IMG/VR virus record: IMGVR_UViG_3300042271_000539
Span: 1-64,000 of that record
Reading direction: 5' to 3' (one strand)
Length of the DNA stretch: 64,000 nucleotides
Source: a virus
Lineage: Duplodnaviria; Caudoviricetes
The position numbers and the translations under genes were made by a program. Positions 48,672 through 58,058 of the stretch are shown here, in pieces (position 1 is the stretch's first letter; each line of letters starts with the position of its first letter). The notes beneath the pieces were generated by a model. The model did not search any database, had not been told where the DNA came from, and was given only the letters and a program-made list of their open reading frames with translations.

Positions 48672-49817
48672 ATGAGTAAAAAACAATTAAAATTATTACT
48701 GGAATCAAACTTAGCGACTTCTTCTGACTTTACTATAGATTCCTATTTAGAATTAGTTAGGGATCTTTCAGACAGTACTAGTCATGAGCCAGAACTGTTT
48801 TTTGACAGGCTTGGTGCGGACAACTACACAGAAGATGTAGAGACAACCTATAAGTCCTTTCCTATAGGGATTTATTTTAGGCAACTGCCAATTATAAAGG
48901 ACTCTGACTTTTTAGTTAAGGTTGTTATACTAAGACAAGCTGACAATTATGCTATTGTTATGCCTGAGGACGTTAAAGCCAAGTATAAACAAGTTAAAGA
49001 ATCTCCAGAGACTATTGATGAAGTTAACAAAAATTACTCGCTCTTTTCTGGGTTTTATGGCTTGGACGCAAAAGACCAAGAGCTTTTAGATTTAATAAAG
49101 ACGGCTTATATAGAGTCTGGTGGAGAGTTAGCTCCTTTTGAGATTGTTGGGGAACTAAAACAAGAATATGATAAGATCGTTTCCGAGGAAACTGTTGAGT
49201 CTGAAGACGACTTCTCTAGACCTACTGCAGATTTAGGAGGTTCTTCTGAAACAACAGGCGATGACTTATTCGGGGACATTGATAATACACAGACAAGTTT
49301 AGAAGAAACACCAGGCATTGAAGAAAACTTAAAAGCATTAAAGAAATTTAATTGCAACGGGGACTCTCTACAACGCCTCTTAGAAAAACTATATAAGATA
49401 TCAAATGGGACTATCAAACACTACACTAAGAAGTCGTACCTTAATGAAAATAAAAACGTTCTCGTCCTAGAGGTCGACAATAAAGAGATATTTAAAAGGT
49501 ACAAACACATACCAACAGTTGCAAAAAAACTACTATCTAATTTCGGCGAAGCGATACGAAAAAATAAAGACACCCAATTGGTAGACGCTTTTACTGACGA
49601 TAGAGGGAAAAAATACTTTATTATTGCTGAAAACTTAAGTAACAACTACTGGTATGTAAAAAAAGAAAAAATTGAAGAGGCTTCTGAGAACTCTATGGTA
49701 ATAGAGCCTTTGGCTAAAAATATAATAAAACTAAATAAATCTTCAATTAGACCTGAATCCAGGGCCTATAGACCTGTAACTGTAGATAAAAAAGTAATAT
49801 TCCAAAAAAACTTTTAA
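48672..49817 (+). CDS. Hypothetical protein (possible head/internal protein)
   Basis: 381-aa ORF with multiple xxE-S/N motifs. Confidence 0.5.
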   Translation: MSKKQLKLLLESNLATSSDFTIDSYLELVRDLSDSTSHEPELFFDRLGADNYTEDVETTYKSFPIGIYFRQLPIIKDSDFLVKVVILRQADNYAIVMPEDVKAKYKQVKESPETIDEVNKNYSLFSGFYGLDAKDQELLDLIKTAYIESGGELAPFEIVGELKQEYDKIVSEETVESEDDFSRPTADLGGSSETTGDDLFGDIDNTQTSLEETPGIEENLKALKKFNCNGDSLQRLLEKLYKISNGTIKHYTKKSYLNENKNVLVLEVDNKEIFKRYKHIPTVAKKLLSNFGEAIRKNKDTQLVDAFTDDRGKKYFIIAENLSNNYWYVKKEKIEEASENSMVIEPLAKNIIKLNKSSIRPESRAYRPVTVDKKVIFQKNF

Positions 49818-49874
49818 TTTATCCTTTACTTTCTAAATAGGCTGTTGTATAATATTAACCATAGGAGGTAAGAG

Positions 49875-50723
49875 ATGGACAAATTAAAAAGAGCTACATT
49901 TAAAAACCCTAGTGATCTTCCAGGAGCAGATAAAGGTAAAAAACCAGAGCCTTTTAGCCCAGGTAACATTATTTGGGACAAAGATTCTGTTATAGACCTA
50001 GTATACGAAGTAGCTCCTAAAGTCTTTCAGATTAAAAGGTTTTGGTTTGATGGCACAACGTATACCCAAGAAGACTTCACTCAAGACGCCGCTCTATTCA
50101 TTTGGGAAAAGATGGAAGAGGGTTACCTTGATTTGACAGCGCCACACCTAGAGAGCATAATATTCACCCTATTAAGTAACTACTTTATCTACAATAAAGC
50201 TAGATCTCTAACTAGAGAAAAGAACATTCACTCGTTGGACGATAAAATATCAAGAGATGGATCAGAAGAAGAAACATCTCGTATTGATACCATTTTAGAT
50301 GACAACCTGACTTCCGAAGATATTGCCTTAATAAGCAATGCTATCATTCACGGTGAGAGTATAATCAAAAAGCTAATCTCAGAACTAAATTTACTCCCAT
50401 TTCAATCAAGGAGCAAAAATTACAAAGGCACTTTTCGTGGCAAGAGTGTTGAGCTTAGCGAAAGAAGTCTCATGAGAATGTTTTTCTCTGGAATGAGCCT
50501 TAAGCAAATTCAAAATGCTTTTGATTCCAATATAGCGACTGAATATTCTAAAGCAAGACTAGTAGAAAAAAAGTTTAAACAGACTTTAGAAAAGATGGTA
50601 AGAAAAATAAATAACTTAGATGAAGATGACCGTTTTGATGTTAAACTCTATGCGTTAAGCAAGAGTCCTGTTGGTGTAGACCTATCTACAATACTTTCAA
50701 GGTCAGAAAGTCTCAGTAAGTAA
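49875..50723 (+). CDS. Sigma-factor-like transcription protein
   Basis: EDFTQDAALFIWEK (region 2-like), HSLDDKI...SRIDTI, C-terminal HTH-like segment. Confidence 0.5.
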   Translation: MDKLKRATFKNPSDLPGADKGKKPEPFSPGNIIWDKDSVIDLVYEVAPKVFQIKRFWFDGTTYTQEDFTQDAALFIWEKMEEGYLDLTAPHLESIIFTLLSNYFIYNKARSLTREKNIHSLDDKISRDGSEEETSRIDTILDDNLTSEDIALISNAIIHGESIIKKLISELNLLPFQSRSKNYKGTFRGKSVELSERSLMRMFFSGMSLKQIQNAFDSNIATEYSKARLVEKKFKQTLEKMVRKINNLDEDDRFDVKLYALSKSPVGVDLSTILSRSESLSK

Positions 50724-50750
50724 AGTAATAGTTAATCAGTTAAATATGCT

Positions 50751-50784
50751 AAGACTGTATACTATTATGCAGTCTTTTTATTTT
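50751..50784 (+). terminator. Intrinsic terminator
   Basis: AAGACTGTAT/ATGCAGTCTT 10-bp stem followed by T-rich tract. Confidence 0.7.
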
Positions 50785-50787
50785 CTG

Positions 50788-50817
50788 TTGCAATTTTCCA
50801 AAGTCATGTATTATAGT
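50788..50817 (+). promoter_or_regulatory. Sigma70-like promoter TTGCAA-18-TATAGT
   Basis: Upstream of RBS AGGAGG for the HU gene. Confidence 0.6.
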
Positions 50818-50841
50818 ATAGTATAGGAGGTAGTATAAATA

Positions 50842-51216
50842 GTGCTAGAAAAATTACAGAAAACAGATTCAGACACCTTAGAACTTATTGATAAGGTTAA
50901 AGAGTTTCTCTTTAGTATAAACGTCAGAGTTGACGATGAGAGGGCTTGGGAGATATTCAAGGGTGTATTTGTAATACCCTTTGAGATGTTGGTTGCTAAG
51001 AATCCCGAAATTAAATACCAAGGGGCGGGCCGACATTTGCGTCTGAAGAGTCACGCAAACCAACGCTTAGTTGTTAGAGGACTAGGTAAATTTGAATTAA
51101 AAGCAGTATCTTCTAAAAAAGATGAGAGGAAAAAAGCCTCGATTAAATTTATACCTGGTGAGGGTTTAAGAAAGACTATTGAGGAGAGAATTGTGGTGGT
51201 ACAGGATGTCAAATAA
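50842..51216 (+). CDS. Histone-like DNA-binding protein (HU/IHF family)
   Basis: LVVRGLGKFEL and IKFIPGEGLRK motifs; GTG start. Confidence 0.65.
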   Translation: MLEKLQKTDSDTLELIDKVKEFLFSINVRVDDERAWEIFKGVFVIPFEMLVAKNPEIKYQGAGRHLRLKSHANQRLVVRGLGKFELKAVSSKKDERKKASIKFIPGEGLRKTIEERIVVVQDVK

Positions 51217-52642
51217 AAAGTTTAGACATATTATGTGGCAACCAAAAGCAAAGCCCAAGGGTGACTTCCCTTTTACTTATGACATAGAATCAGTACCAGA
51301 AGAGGATACAAAAGACTTTTTAGAAAAAAATAGTGTTGATCTGACTATAGAGTACTACGTTGGTACAGATCTAAAAAAACTTATCAAAGAAGAGTTGATA
51401 AGCATTTTTCCTTTTTATAGATATACAGATGTAAACAGTACTGAGTATATAGGTAGAGACAATAATTTAGTTTACAATCTGAAGATAAATGTACATAACT
51501 ATACTGAGGCTGAGGGGAAAAAATCTAAAAAAGGTACTATCATAAAAACATGGGCTGTGAGATTAATAAATTTTCATACAAACTATCAGTTTAATATGGT
51601 TCGTAGCATTGAACAACTTAAGTCTATTTTAAATGTAGAGATACCTTATATGTCCTTTGACCTAGAAACCTCTGGTCTCGATCCAGAAGATGATATAATA
51701 ACAGGAGCATCATTCTCTTTAGAGCCCCGTATAGGCTATTACGTCCCTATTGAGACAGTTGCTCAGTATAAGCATAAAACATTGGGCTATGAGGCTTTAG
51801 ACGTGCTCTACGCAGCTATGTTGAGAGCTATGATAGTATTGCTATTCAATGCGGAGTTTGATATCAGGAAAATGCGCTTCTCTAAGCGTAAGTATGATAT
51901 GTCTAAAATAAAATTCATAGATGTACAATTACCAGCATGGTATATGGACACAGATAATAAAAATACAAGTTTGAAATGGTTCGAAAAATACTTTCTGGGC
52001 TACTATAGAAAAGATCTTAATGAGACAATGCAAACTTATGGTCTAGACACTTTTGACACTTCAAAAATTGATCCAGACCACATTCTGTTTTATGGTGCCC
52101 AAGATGGAATATCTACATATGAGCTATTCTTTATTGTGGAGGAATACTTAAAAGAATTTGGATTATCTGGACAGATAGACCTACAACTCATATACCCCTT
52201 TATGATAATGAAAGAACATCCAACTGATATCAACATAAAGTTATTAGAAGAGGAGCTCAACTATGTAATCTTAAGACTAGAAGAGCTTGACAAACTAATG
52301 GATGAATCTATAGGAGACGTAAACTTAAACAGTTCTACACAAAAAGAAGCCTTATTTAAGTCCTTTGGGTTAGATACTGGTGTACGAACTCCAGGTGGCT
52401 CTATGTCAACAAGTAAGGACGCAATTGATGGGTTAATAGAGAAGATGGAAAATAGTAATAGACCTATTCCCGAGTGGTTACAATATATGGGCGAGAGATC
52501 TAAATTGGAAAAACTAAGGTCTACATACTACGGAAGTTTAAAAGAACAGGTAAACTTTTATAATGGGAAAGTTAGAATAAATTATAGAAATACAAATGCG
52601 TCCACTGGGAGACTTAGTAGTGGTAAATTTATTTATGAGTAG
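51206..52642 (+). CDS. polA: DNA polymerase family A, N-terminal part (3'-5' exonuclease + thumb)
   Basis: ExoI FDLETSG, ExoII FNAEFD, ExoIII YGAQD, LNSSTQ, ends at TGRLSS; ATG 51206 preferred over the track start. Confidence 0.85.
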   Translation: MSNKKFRHIMWQPKAKPKGDFPFTYDIESVPEEDTKDFLEKNSVDLTIEYYVGTDLKKLIKEELISIFPFYRYTDVNSTEYIGRDNNLVYNLKINVHNYTEAEGKKSKKGTIIKTWAVRLINFHTNYQFNMVRSIEQLKSILNVEIPYMSFDLETSGLDPEDDIITGASFSLEPRIGYYVPIETVAQYKHKTLGYEALDVLYAAMLRAMIVLLFNAEFDIRKMRFSKRKYDMSKIKFIDVQLPAWYMDTDNKNTSLKWFEKYFLGYYRKDLNETMQTYGLDTFDTSKIDPDHILFYGAQDGISTYELFFIVEEYLKEFGLSGQIDLQLIYPFMIMKEHPTDINIKLLEEELNYVILRLEELDKLMDESIGDVNLNSSTQKEALFKSFGLDTGVRTPGGSMSTSKDAIDGLIEKMENSNRPIPEWLQYMGERSKLEKLRSTYYGSLKEQVNFYNGKVRINYRNTNASTGRLSSGKFIYE

Positions 52643-52651
52643 GGGGATAAG

Positions 52652-53560
52652 ATGAGTAAAGTAATATTTTTGGGTGATATACATGTTAGTAGTAGGACAC
52701 CTCTTTCAAGATTAGATGACTACAGTGACACTGTTTTAAAAAAACTGGAAGCTGTTTGTAATTATGCCTCAGAGCAAGGGATTAGTTTTGTAATAACAAC
52801 AGGTGACTTTTTTGAAAATTATCATGAACCAACTTCATATATGAATAAAATATTTGAGACCTTGAAAAAGTTCATGGATAAAAATATTGAAATTTTTTCC
52901 ACGATAGGCAATCATGACTTACCTTATAATAACATGAACTATTTTAACACGACACCTCTAAGCTTATTATTTAAAAGTGGGTTTGTCAAAAAATTAGACA
53001 ACCTTATTATTAATAATACAGTTATACATGGGTTACACTTTTCTGAGAGTTTGGATAAAATAGAGCTAGATAGTGAGATGACTAACATTCTAACTATGCA
53101 CTATGCTTTGAACGATACAGTTCCTTATGAATCAATAAAAGCAAAAGACTTATTAAATTTTGACATGGTGATAGCTGGGCACGATCATATGTACTATGAA
53201 CCCTTAACGGTAGAGGAAACTACTTTCTTAAGACCAGGTTCTTTAACTAGACAGACAAAAGACCAGTATAACCTAGAGAGAAGCATTGTCTTTTATGTTG
53301 TCGATTTAGAATCTTTGGAGTTTTCTGAGGTTTTAGTCCCAAATGTAATGCCTGCGGAAAAAGTGTTTAAGAACGAGGTTTTCTCAGAAAGGTCCTTGAA
53401 TCTTTACAGCAATGAGTTTAACTCATTATTCAGTGGAGACACTGAAGAGAAAGACCTTTACGATATCGAGAGTATTCTTGAAGATCTACCTCCGACAGTC
53501 CTTAAGAAAAGCAAAGAAGAGGTCATAAAATTCTTAAAAGCTAAGGGGTTGAACAACTAA
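52652..53560 (+). CDS. Mre11/SbcD-like nuclease
   Basis: GDIH, TGDFF, GNHD, GHDH, RPGSL motifs. Confidence 0.85.
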   Translation: MSKVIFLGDIHVSSRTPLSRLDDYSDTVLKKLEAVCNYASEQGISFVITTGDFFENYHEPTSYMNKIFETLKKFMDKNIEIFSTIGNHDLPYNNMNYFNTTPLSLLFKSGFVKKLDNLIINNTVIHGLHFSESLDKIELDSEMTNILTMHYALNDTVPYESIKAKDLLNFDMVIAGHDHMYYEPLTVEETTFLRPGSLTRQTKDQYNLERSIVFYVVDLESLEFSEVLVPNVMPAEKVFKNEVFSERSLNLYSNEFNSLFSGDTEEKDLYDIESILEDLPPTVLKKSKEEVIKFLKAKGLNN

Positions 53561-54270
53561 TGACAAAAACTCAGTTATATAACCTTGCTAGGAAAATACC
53601 AGAAGAACTAAAGTACACGAATAAATATACGTGGATGATAGACAAGGGTATTATTAAAGGAAGATTTTTGGGGATAAACGACACTTTTGACATGAAGACA
53701 CCTTTGAATGATTATATTAAGGAAGTGGGGGACATATTAGTCATCCCAAATATTGTAAATAAAAAGATTACTAGTCTTGTTGTTAAGCCTCTAGACAGTA
53801 CTAAAAAGATGTTGACTTTTGACACACTTAAGTTACCTTTTGGTATAGGGGGATTTCCTGAAGAATTCAGGTATGGGGACTTGATTGTTTTTGTTGAGGG
53901 CATTGCAGACTTGGGCGCTTTAAAATTGTTACTACCAAAGACCCCAATCATAGCTATGATGAGTAACGCCATAGCTAAGTCTAGTTACCCCTTTTATGCC
54001 ATGCTTACTGATAAAATAGTAATCATCCCAGATGGTGATAAAGAGGGACATAGTCAAATAGAACGAATGCGAAAAAGATTTAGTGACTTGGGCGTGAACC
54101 TCGGTATAGTAGAGCAGTATGGGAGTATGAAGGACACTGGAGAGATTATAGACTTATTTATGGAATATGAGCGCCAAGGTGGTAGGCAGTTAGGCAAGAA
54201 AGACTTCCAGGAAAAATTAAATTTACTTAGAGAGTATTACCAAGGGAGTTTAAGTTTATACAAAAGTTAA
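53560..54270 (+). CDS. DNA primase-like TOPRIM protein
   Basis: FVEGIADL and IIPDGDKEG TOPRIM motifs; no zinc finger seen. Confidence 0.65.
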   Translation: MTKTQLYNLARKIPEELKYTNKYTWMIDKGIIKGRFLGINDTFDMKTPLNDYIKEVGDILVIPNIVNKKITSLVVKPLDSTKKMLTFDTLKLPFGIGGFPEEFRYGDLIVFVEGIADLGALKLLLPKTPIIAMMSNAIAKSSYPFYAMLTDKIVIIPDGDKEGHSQIERMRKRFSDLGVNLGIVEQYGSMKDTGEIIDLFMEYERQGGRQLGKKDFQEKLNLLREYYQGSLSLYKS

Positions 54271-54303
54271 TGCATTTTTCTGTATTAACTTATTATAATA
54301 TAG
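54270..54303 (+). promoter_or_regulatory. Sigma70-like promoter ATGCAT-18-TATAAT for the polA C-terminal gene
   Basis: TATAAT 54294-54299. Confidence 0.6.
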
Positions 54304-54316
54304 TAGGGGAGATTTT

Positions 54317-55318
54317 ATGGCAAAAGCAAAAAAATATGAAAAATCTTATTTTATAGATATGAATATACAAAGTGCACCTAAACCTAAATCTAGAGATTGG
54401 TTTGTCCGCAAGGCAGATTCAAGTTCAATACCAGAATTCACTGTTTGTGGCTGGGAATTTACTTTAGATAGAAGAGAAGACTCTATAGGTATTTCTGAAG
54501 GACAGGACCCAAAGTTAAACTTTAGGAGGGTGTTTCTACCGTCAGAAGGGCACTATTGGGTCTCTCGAGACTTCTCAGGACAAGAACTTAGAATTTTAGC
54601 TAATCTATCTCAAGATGAAACTTTAATCAACACATTTCTTAGCGGTGGAGACCCACATAAAGCAACTGCAGTTTTGCTATGGGGAGAAGAAAACTATAAT
54701 AGTGATAAACGTAAACAGGCTAAAGCAATTAACTTTGGTTTGATTTATGGAAAAACAGCCATGAGCTTGGCGGATACTCTAGGTATTTCTGTAAAAGAAG
54801 CTGAGTCCTATATGGAAACCTATTTTAAACGTATGCCAAATATCAAAAAGTTTTTAGATAAGTGTGAATTGCTCGCTTCTAAGAATCATGATATTTCCAA
54901 TCTATACGGAAGAAAACGGCGTTTAAAGAGCTACATTAACCCATGGGGTAACATATCTCGTGCAGGGGCCAGACGTGCTTATAATCATCCAATTCAATCT
55001 CTAGGTGCAGACATAATTAAAATAGCCTTAATTAAGGTATATAAAAATATTATAGATGCTCCTATGTATAGGGACAAAGGACTGATTTATTTTCTGTCTA
55101 CCATCCATGATGAGATAAACTTCAGTGTTTCAAAGAGTATTCTAAATGAAGCTTGTTATAAAATAGGCAAGGAAATGGAACACAAAATCCCAGGGTATCC
55201 AGTACCCATCATCACTGATTTAGAAATAGGGAATTCTATGGGCTTAACTTGGAAGTTTGACCAAGATCTTGAAACTTTAGAATTAACCCCAAGATATGAA
55301 CCTTTAGAGGAGGTATAG
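54317..55318 (+). CDS. polA: DNA polymerase family A, C-terminal catalytic part
   Basis: Motif A DFSGQELR, motif B RKQAKAINFGLIYG, NHPIQS, motif C IHDE. Confidence 0.9.
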   Translation: MAKAKKYEKSYFIDMNIQSAPKPKSRDWFVRKADSSSIPEFTVCGWEFTLDRREDSIGISEGQDPKLNFRRVFLPSEGHYWVSRDFSGQELRILANLSQDETLINTFLSGGDPHKATAVLLWGEENYNSDKRKQAKAINFGLIYGKTAMSLADTLGISVKEAESYMETYFKRMPNIKKFLDKCELLASKNHDISNLYGRKRRLKSYINPWGNISRAGARRAYNHPIQSLGADIIKIALIKVYKNIIDAPMYRDKGLIYFLSTIHDEINFSVSKSILNEACYKIGKEMEHKIPGYPVPIITDLEIGNSMGLTWKFDQDLETLELTPRYEPLEEV

Positions 55319-55320
55319 AG

Positions 55321-55713
55321 ATGTCGGTTACTTTAGAACAAGCAAAAAAAGTTCTAGATAAGTACACAGAAGAAACAACTAAATTTTTAAAAGAATACAA
55401 ATTAAGTGAGCTACCAGCTTATTCCGAGTTGCAAACCAAGGAGACACTAGTAGAACACTATAGAGAAGACCAGTACTATTTTGAAAAAGTCTCAAATTTT
55501 AAGGCTAACTTTTACGGAATAAAGAACTTCTTCTTAAAATTTAAGGCAGAGAATACAGATCGTGTGACTACGAGAGAGGTTGATGCTATTGAGGGTATCA
55601 TTAATGAAAAAATCAAACATCTCGATGTTGTTTCTTCTACAGCTAAACAAAGGATTAACTTCTACGATAGAATCATATATCTAATCTCTAATATGTCCTT
55701 CGGTGATTACTAA
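55321..55713 (+). CDS. Hypothetical protein
   Basis: 130-aa ORF, RBS GGAGG. Confidence 0.55.
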   Translation: MSVTLEQAKKVLDKYTEETTKFLKEYKLSELPAYSELQTKETLVEHYREDQYYFEKVSNFKANFYGIKNFFLKFKAENTDRVTTREVDAIEGIINEKIKHLDVVSSTAKQRINFYDRIIYLISNMSFGDY

Positions 55714-55970
55714 TGAAGAATATAGATAGCAATGCAGTGATAGACGGTAAGCTGATCCGAAAGGGATGGGACTATTCAGTGTGCATAGACTTCAACTCTG
55801 ACAAAGCAACTATATCAGAGACTTTTAGAAAAGGAGACTTATTCATAACATTCTATGATAGACCTAAAAGTTATAGCACTAACATAACATTCCTATATCT
55901 AGTTCTGCACCCGATTCTACTGATCTTATTGATATCTAAGAAAAGGCACTTGGGGGGATCTAGTGACTGA
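55713..55970 (+). CDS. Hypothetical protein
   Basis: 85-aa ORF coupled to neighbours. Confidence 0.4.
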   Translation: MKNIDSNAVIDGKLIRKGWDYSVCIDFNSDKATISETFRKGDLFITFYDRPKSYSTNITFLYLVLHPILLILLISKKRHLGGSSD

Positions 55971-57501
55971 TTACACATTAAAAAACAAAAAAGGTATAAA
56001 GTTAAGTGAGGACCAAAATGAAATCGTAGAGGCCTTACTAAATAATGACTTCTATTTTAATTGTGCTCAAACAGGTTTCGGTAAAACTATAACTACAATT
56101 ACAGCAGCTATACACAAAGCTGTTCGTAGGAAAGCTGAAGATATACACTTTATCCTTTTAATACCCAGTAGTGCTGAAAAGGCTTTCAGAGATACTATTA
56201 CAAATATTTTAGGGCTCCCCGTGAGTTTTTATACAGCTAAAAAAAGAAGAATCATGAATAATGCGAGGTTTCATATATTTAATTACTCTTCCATAACTTC
56301 TGGTATTATGACTAAAGACAACCCAAGAAACACTAATGATTATATAGAAGCTGTCAAAGAACTAAAGAGAGAACACCCTAATTTATGGTTAATAGCTGAC
56401 GAGGCTCACGCCTTACAAGATCCTGAGACTAAGCAATATAAGGTTGTCGAGGTTATGATGAAGCTGTTCATAGGTGCTTGGGGTTTAACAGCCACACCAA
56501 TTCTAAATAATTTAGACGGTCTTTTTTATATGTCAAACCTGTTTAAACCAGGGTACCTAGCAAAAAACATTTATTCTTTTAGAAATAAATTTTGCACGTT
56601 TAGCGAAACTTTTTTCTGGATTACCAGAGGTGGTAAGAAAAAGAAAAAAGTTGTTAAAGAGGTTAACGGCTATAAAAACTTAGATATCCTTAGTGATAGG
56701 TTCTCTAAGATAAGTATCATAAAATCTAAACATTATGATATCGACTTTATTTATAAAGAAGCGAAATTATCAAAAGAAACTAGGCAGTATTATGCTTATG
56801 CTTCTGCGGGTTTATTTAGCGGAACTATTGACAAAGTTACAGGTAAAACTAAAAAGTCCAAACAGAATCATAATGCAGCTAGACTTCATGACTTACAGAG
56901 AGTTGTATCAAACTCCCACCCCAATTTTCAACAACTAAAAGATCCAAATAAGATAACAGAGAAAGAGTATCTACTGTTTCAAACTATAAAGGAAGTAATT
57001 GCTAATAATGAGGCGGTATTGATCTACTTTACTTATATTCCAACTTTAGAGAGAATAAAATATATACTCAATAAAGTTAGTGGTAGTCTAGGTATACCTA
57101 AAATACATGAGATATCTGGGAGTGTCGACTTAGAGTCAAGAAAAAAGGTCGAGTCAGCTTTAGGGCCTAAGGACGTTGTTTTGATAACGTCTGCGGGGAC
57201 TGAATCAATTAATTTACAAAGAGCTAATAATTTGATATTTTATGAAACACCATTCCCCTTGCGTGAATTTGTTCAAGCCTGTGGTAGAATAACTAGGACT
57301 AATTCCACCTTTGATAAATTCAAAGTATATATACTTGAGGCTGTTGGGACAATTGACAGTTATAAAAAAGCTAGAATTTTAAATCATATGGTGATAATAA
57401 AAAAACTTTTAGGCAGTAGTAACACACTTCCAGTAGAGGTTTTAATATTATCGGAAGAAGACAAAAAAGCTATGAAGGAAGATTTACTATGGAAGAAGTG
57501 A
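55963..57501 (+). CDS. Superfamily 2 (SNF2/DEAH-like) helicase
   Basis: QTGFGKT, IADEAH, TATP, QACGRITR motifs. Confidence 0.85.
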   Translation: MTDYTLKNKKGIKLSEDQNEIVEALLNNDFYFNCAQTGFGKTITTITAAIHKAVRRKAEDIHFILLIPSSAEKAFRDTITNILGLPVSFYTAKKRRIMNNARFHIFNYSSITSGIMTKDNPRNTNDYIEAVKELKREHPNLWLIADEAHALQDPETKQYKVVEVMMKLFIGAWGLTATPILNNLDGLFYMSNLFKPGYLAKNIYSFRNKFCTFSETFFWITRGGKKKKKVVKEVNGYKNLDILSDRFSKISIIKSKHYDIDFIYKEAKLSKETRQYYAYASAGLFSGTIDKVTGKTKKSKQNHNAARLHDLQRVVSNSHPNFQQLKDPNKITEKEYLLFQTIKEVIANNEAVLIYFTYIPTLERIKYILNKVSGSLGIPKIHEISGSVDLESRKKVESALGPKDVVLITSAGTESINLQRANNLIFYETPFPLREFVQACGRITRTNSTFDKFKVYILEAVGTIDSYKKARILNHMVIIKKLLGSSNTLPVEVLILSEEDKKAMKEDLLWKK

Positions 57502-57508
57502 GGCATAC

Positions 57509-58054
57509 ATGAGTTTAATGAGCGTAAGTAAAGATGGTAAAGGGGATAACTATGAGACCCCTAAGTATGTGGTAGAGATACTTTTACCATATCTAAGAAA
57601 AACTAACATAAGAACTATCTGGTGCCCTTTTGATAAGGCCCACAGTGAATACGTTAAAGTTCTTAAAGAAGCTGGATATATTATTATAAACGGACATATA
57701 GATGAGGGTAAAGATTTTTTTGAATACGAACCAGAACAGTATGACGCCATAATTTCTAATCCACCTTTTTCAAAGAAAAATGAGATTCTAGAAAGATGTA
57801 TAACCTTAGGAAAACCTTTTGCGCTACTTTTATCGGCAACGTGTATACAGAGTGCCTCTTTAATTGAAATTATAGCTAAAGCAAAAGACTTTAATTTCAT
57901 TATGTTTAATAAAAGAATTAGTTACAGTGGAGATAGACCACCATTCCCTAGTTGGTATTTTACCAGTCAAATTTTAGACGGGAACAAGTTCTATCTATAT
58001 GAGAGGGATCCTAAGGAATTATTTAGAGAATGGGAACAAAATAAGAGGGGGTAA
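57509..58054 (+). CDS. Adenine-specific methyltransferase-like protein
   Basis: YETP, IWCPFD, DFF, ISNPPFS motifs. Confidence 0.7.
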   Translation: MSLMSVSKDGKGDNYETPKYVVEILLPYLRKTNIRTIWCPFDKAHSEYVKVLKEAGYIIINGHIDEGKDFFEYEPEQYDAIISNPPFSKKNEILERCITLGKPFALLLSATCIQSASLIEIIAKAKDFNFIMFNKRISYSGDRPPFPSWYFTSQILDGNKFYLYERDPKELFREWEQNKRG

Positions 58055-58058
58055 CGTA

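Noticed and set aside
52600-54400. Split intein or self-splicing intron joining the polA halves
   Set aside because: No intein N-terminal block after TGRLSS and no HN-C/S/T junction in the second half. The intervening DNA holds two ordinary genes and a promoter.
57999-58058. N-terminal extensions of RtcB (57999) and PolA-N (51179) given by the ORF track
   Set aside because: They overlap upstream genes extensively. The downstream ATGs (58059, 51206) have better RBS or coupling, and for RtcB the conserved-looking sequence begins there.
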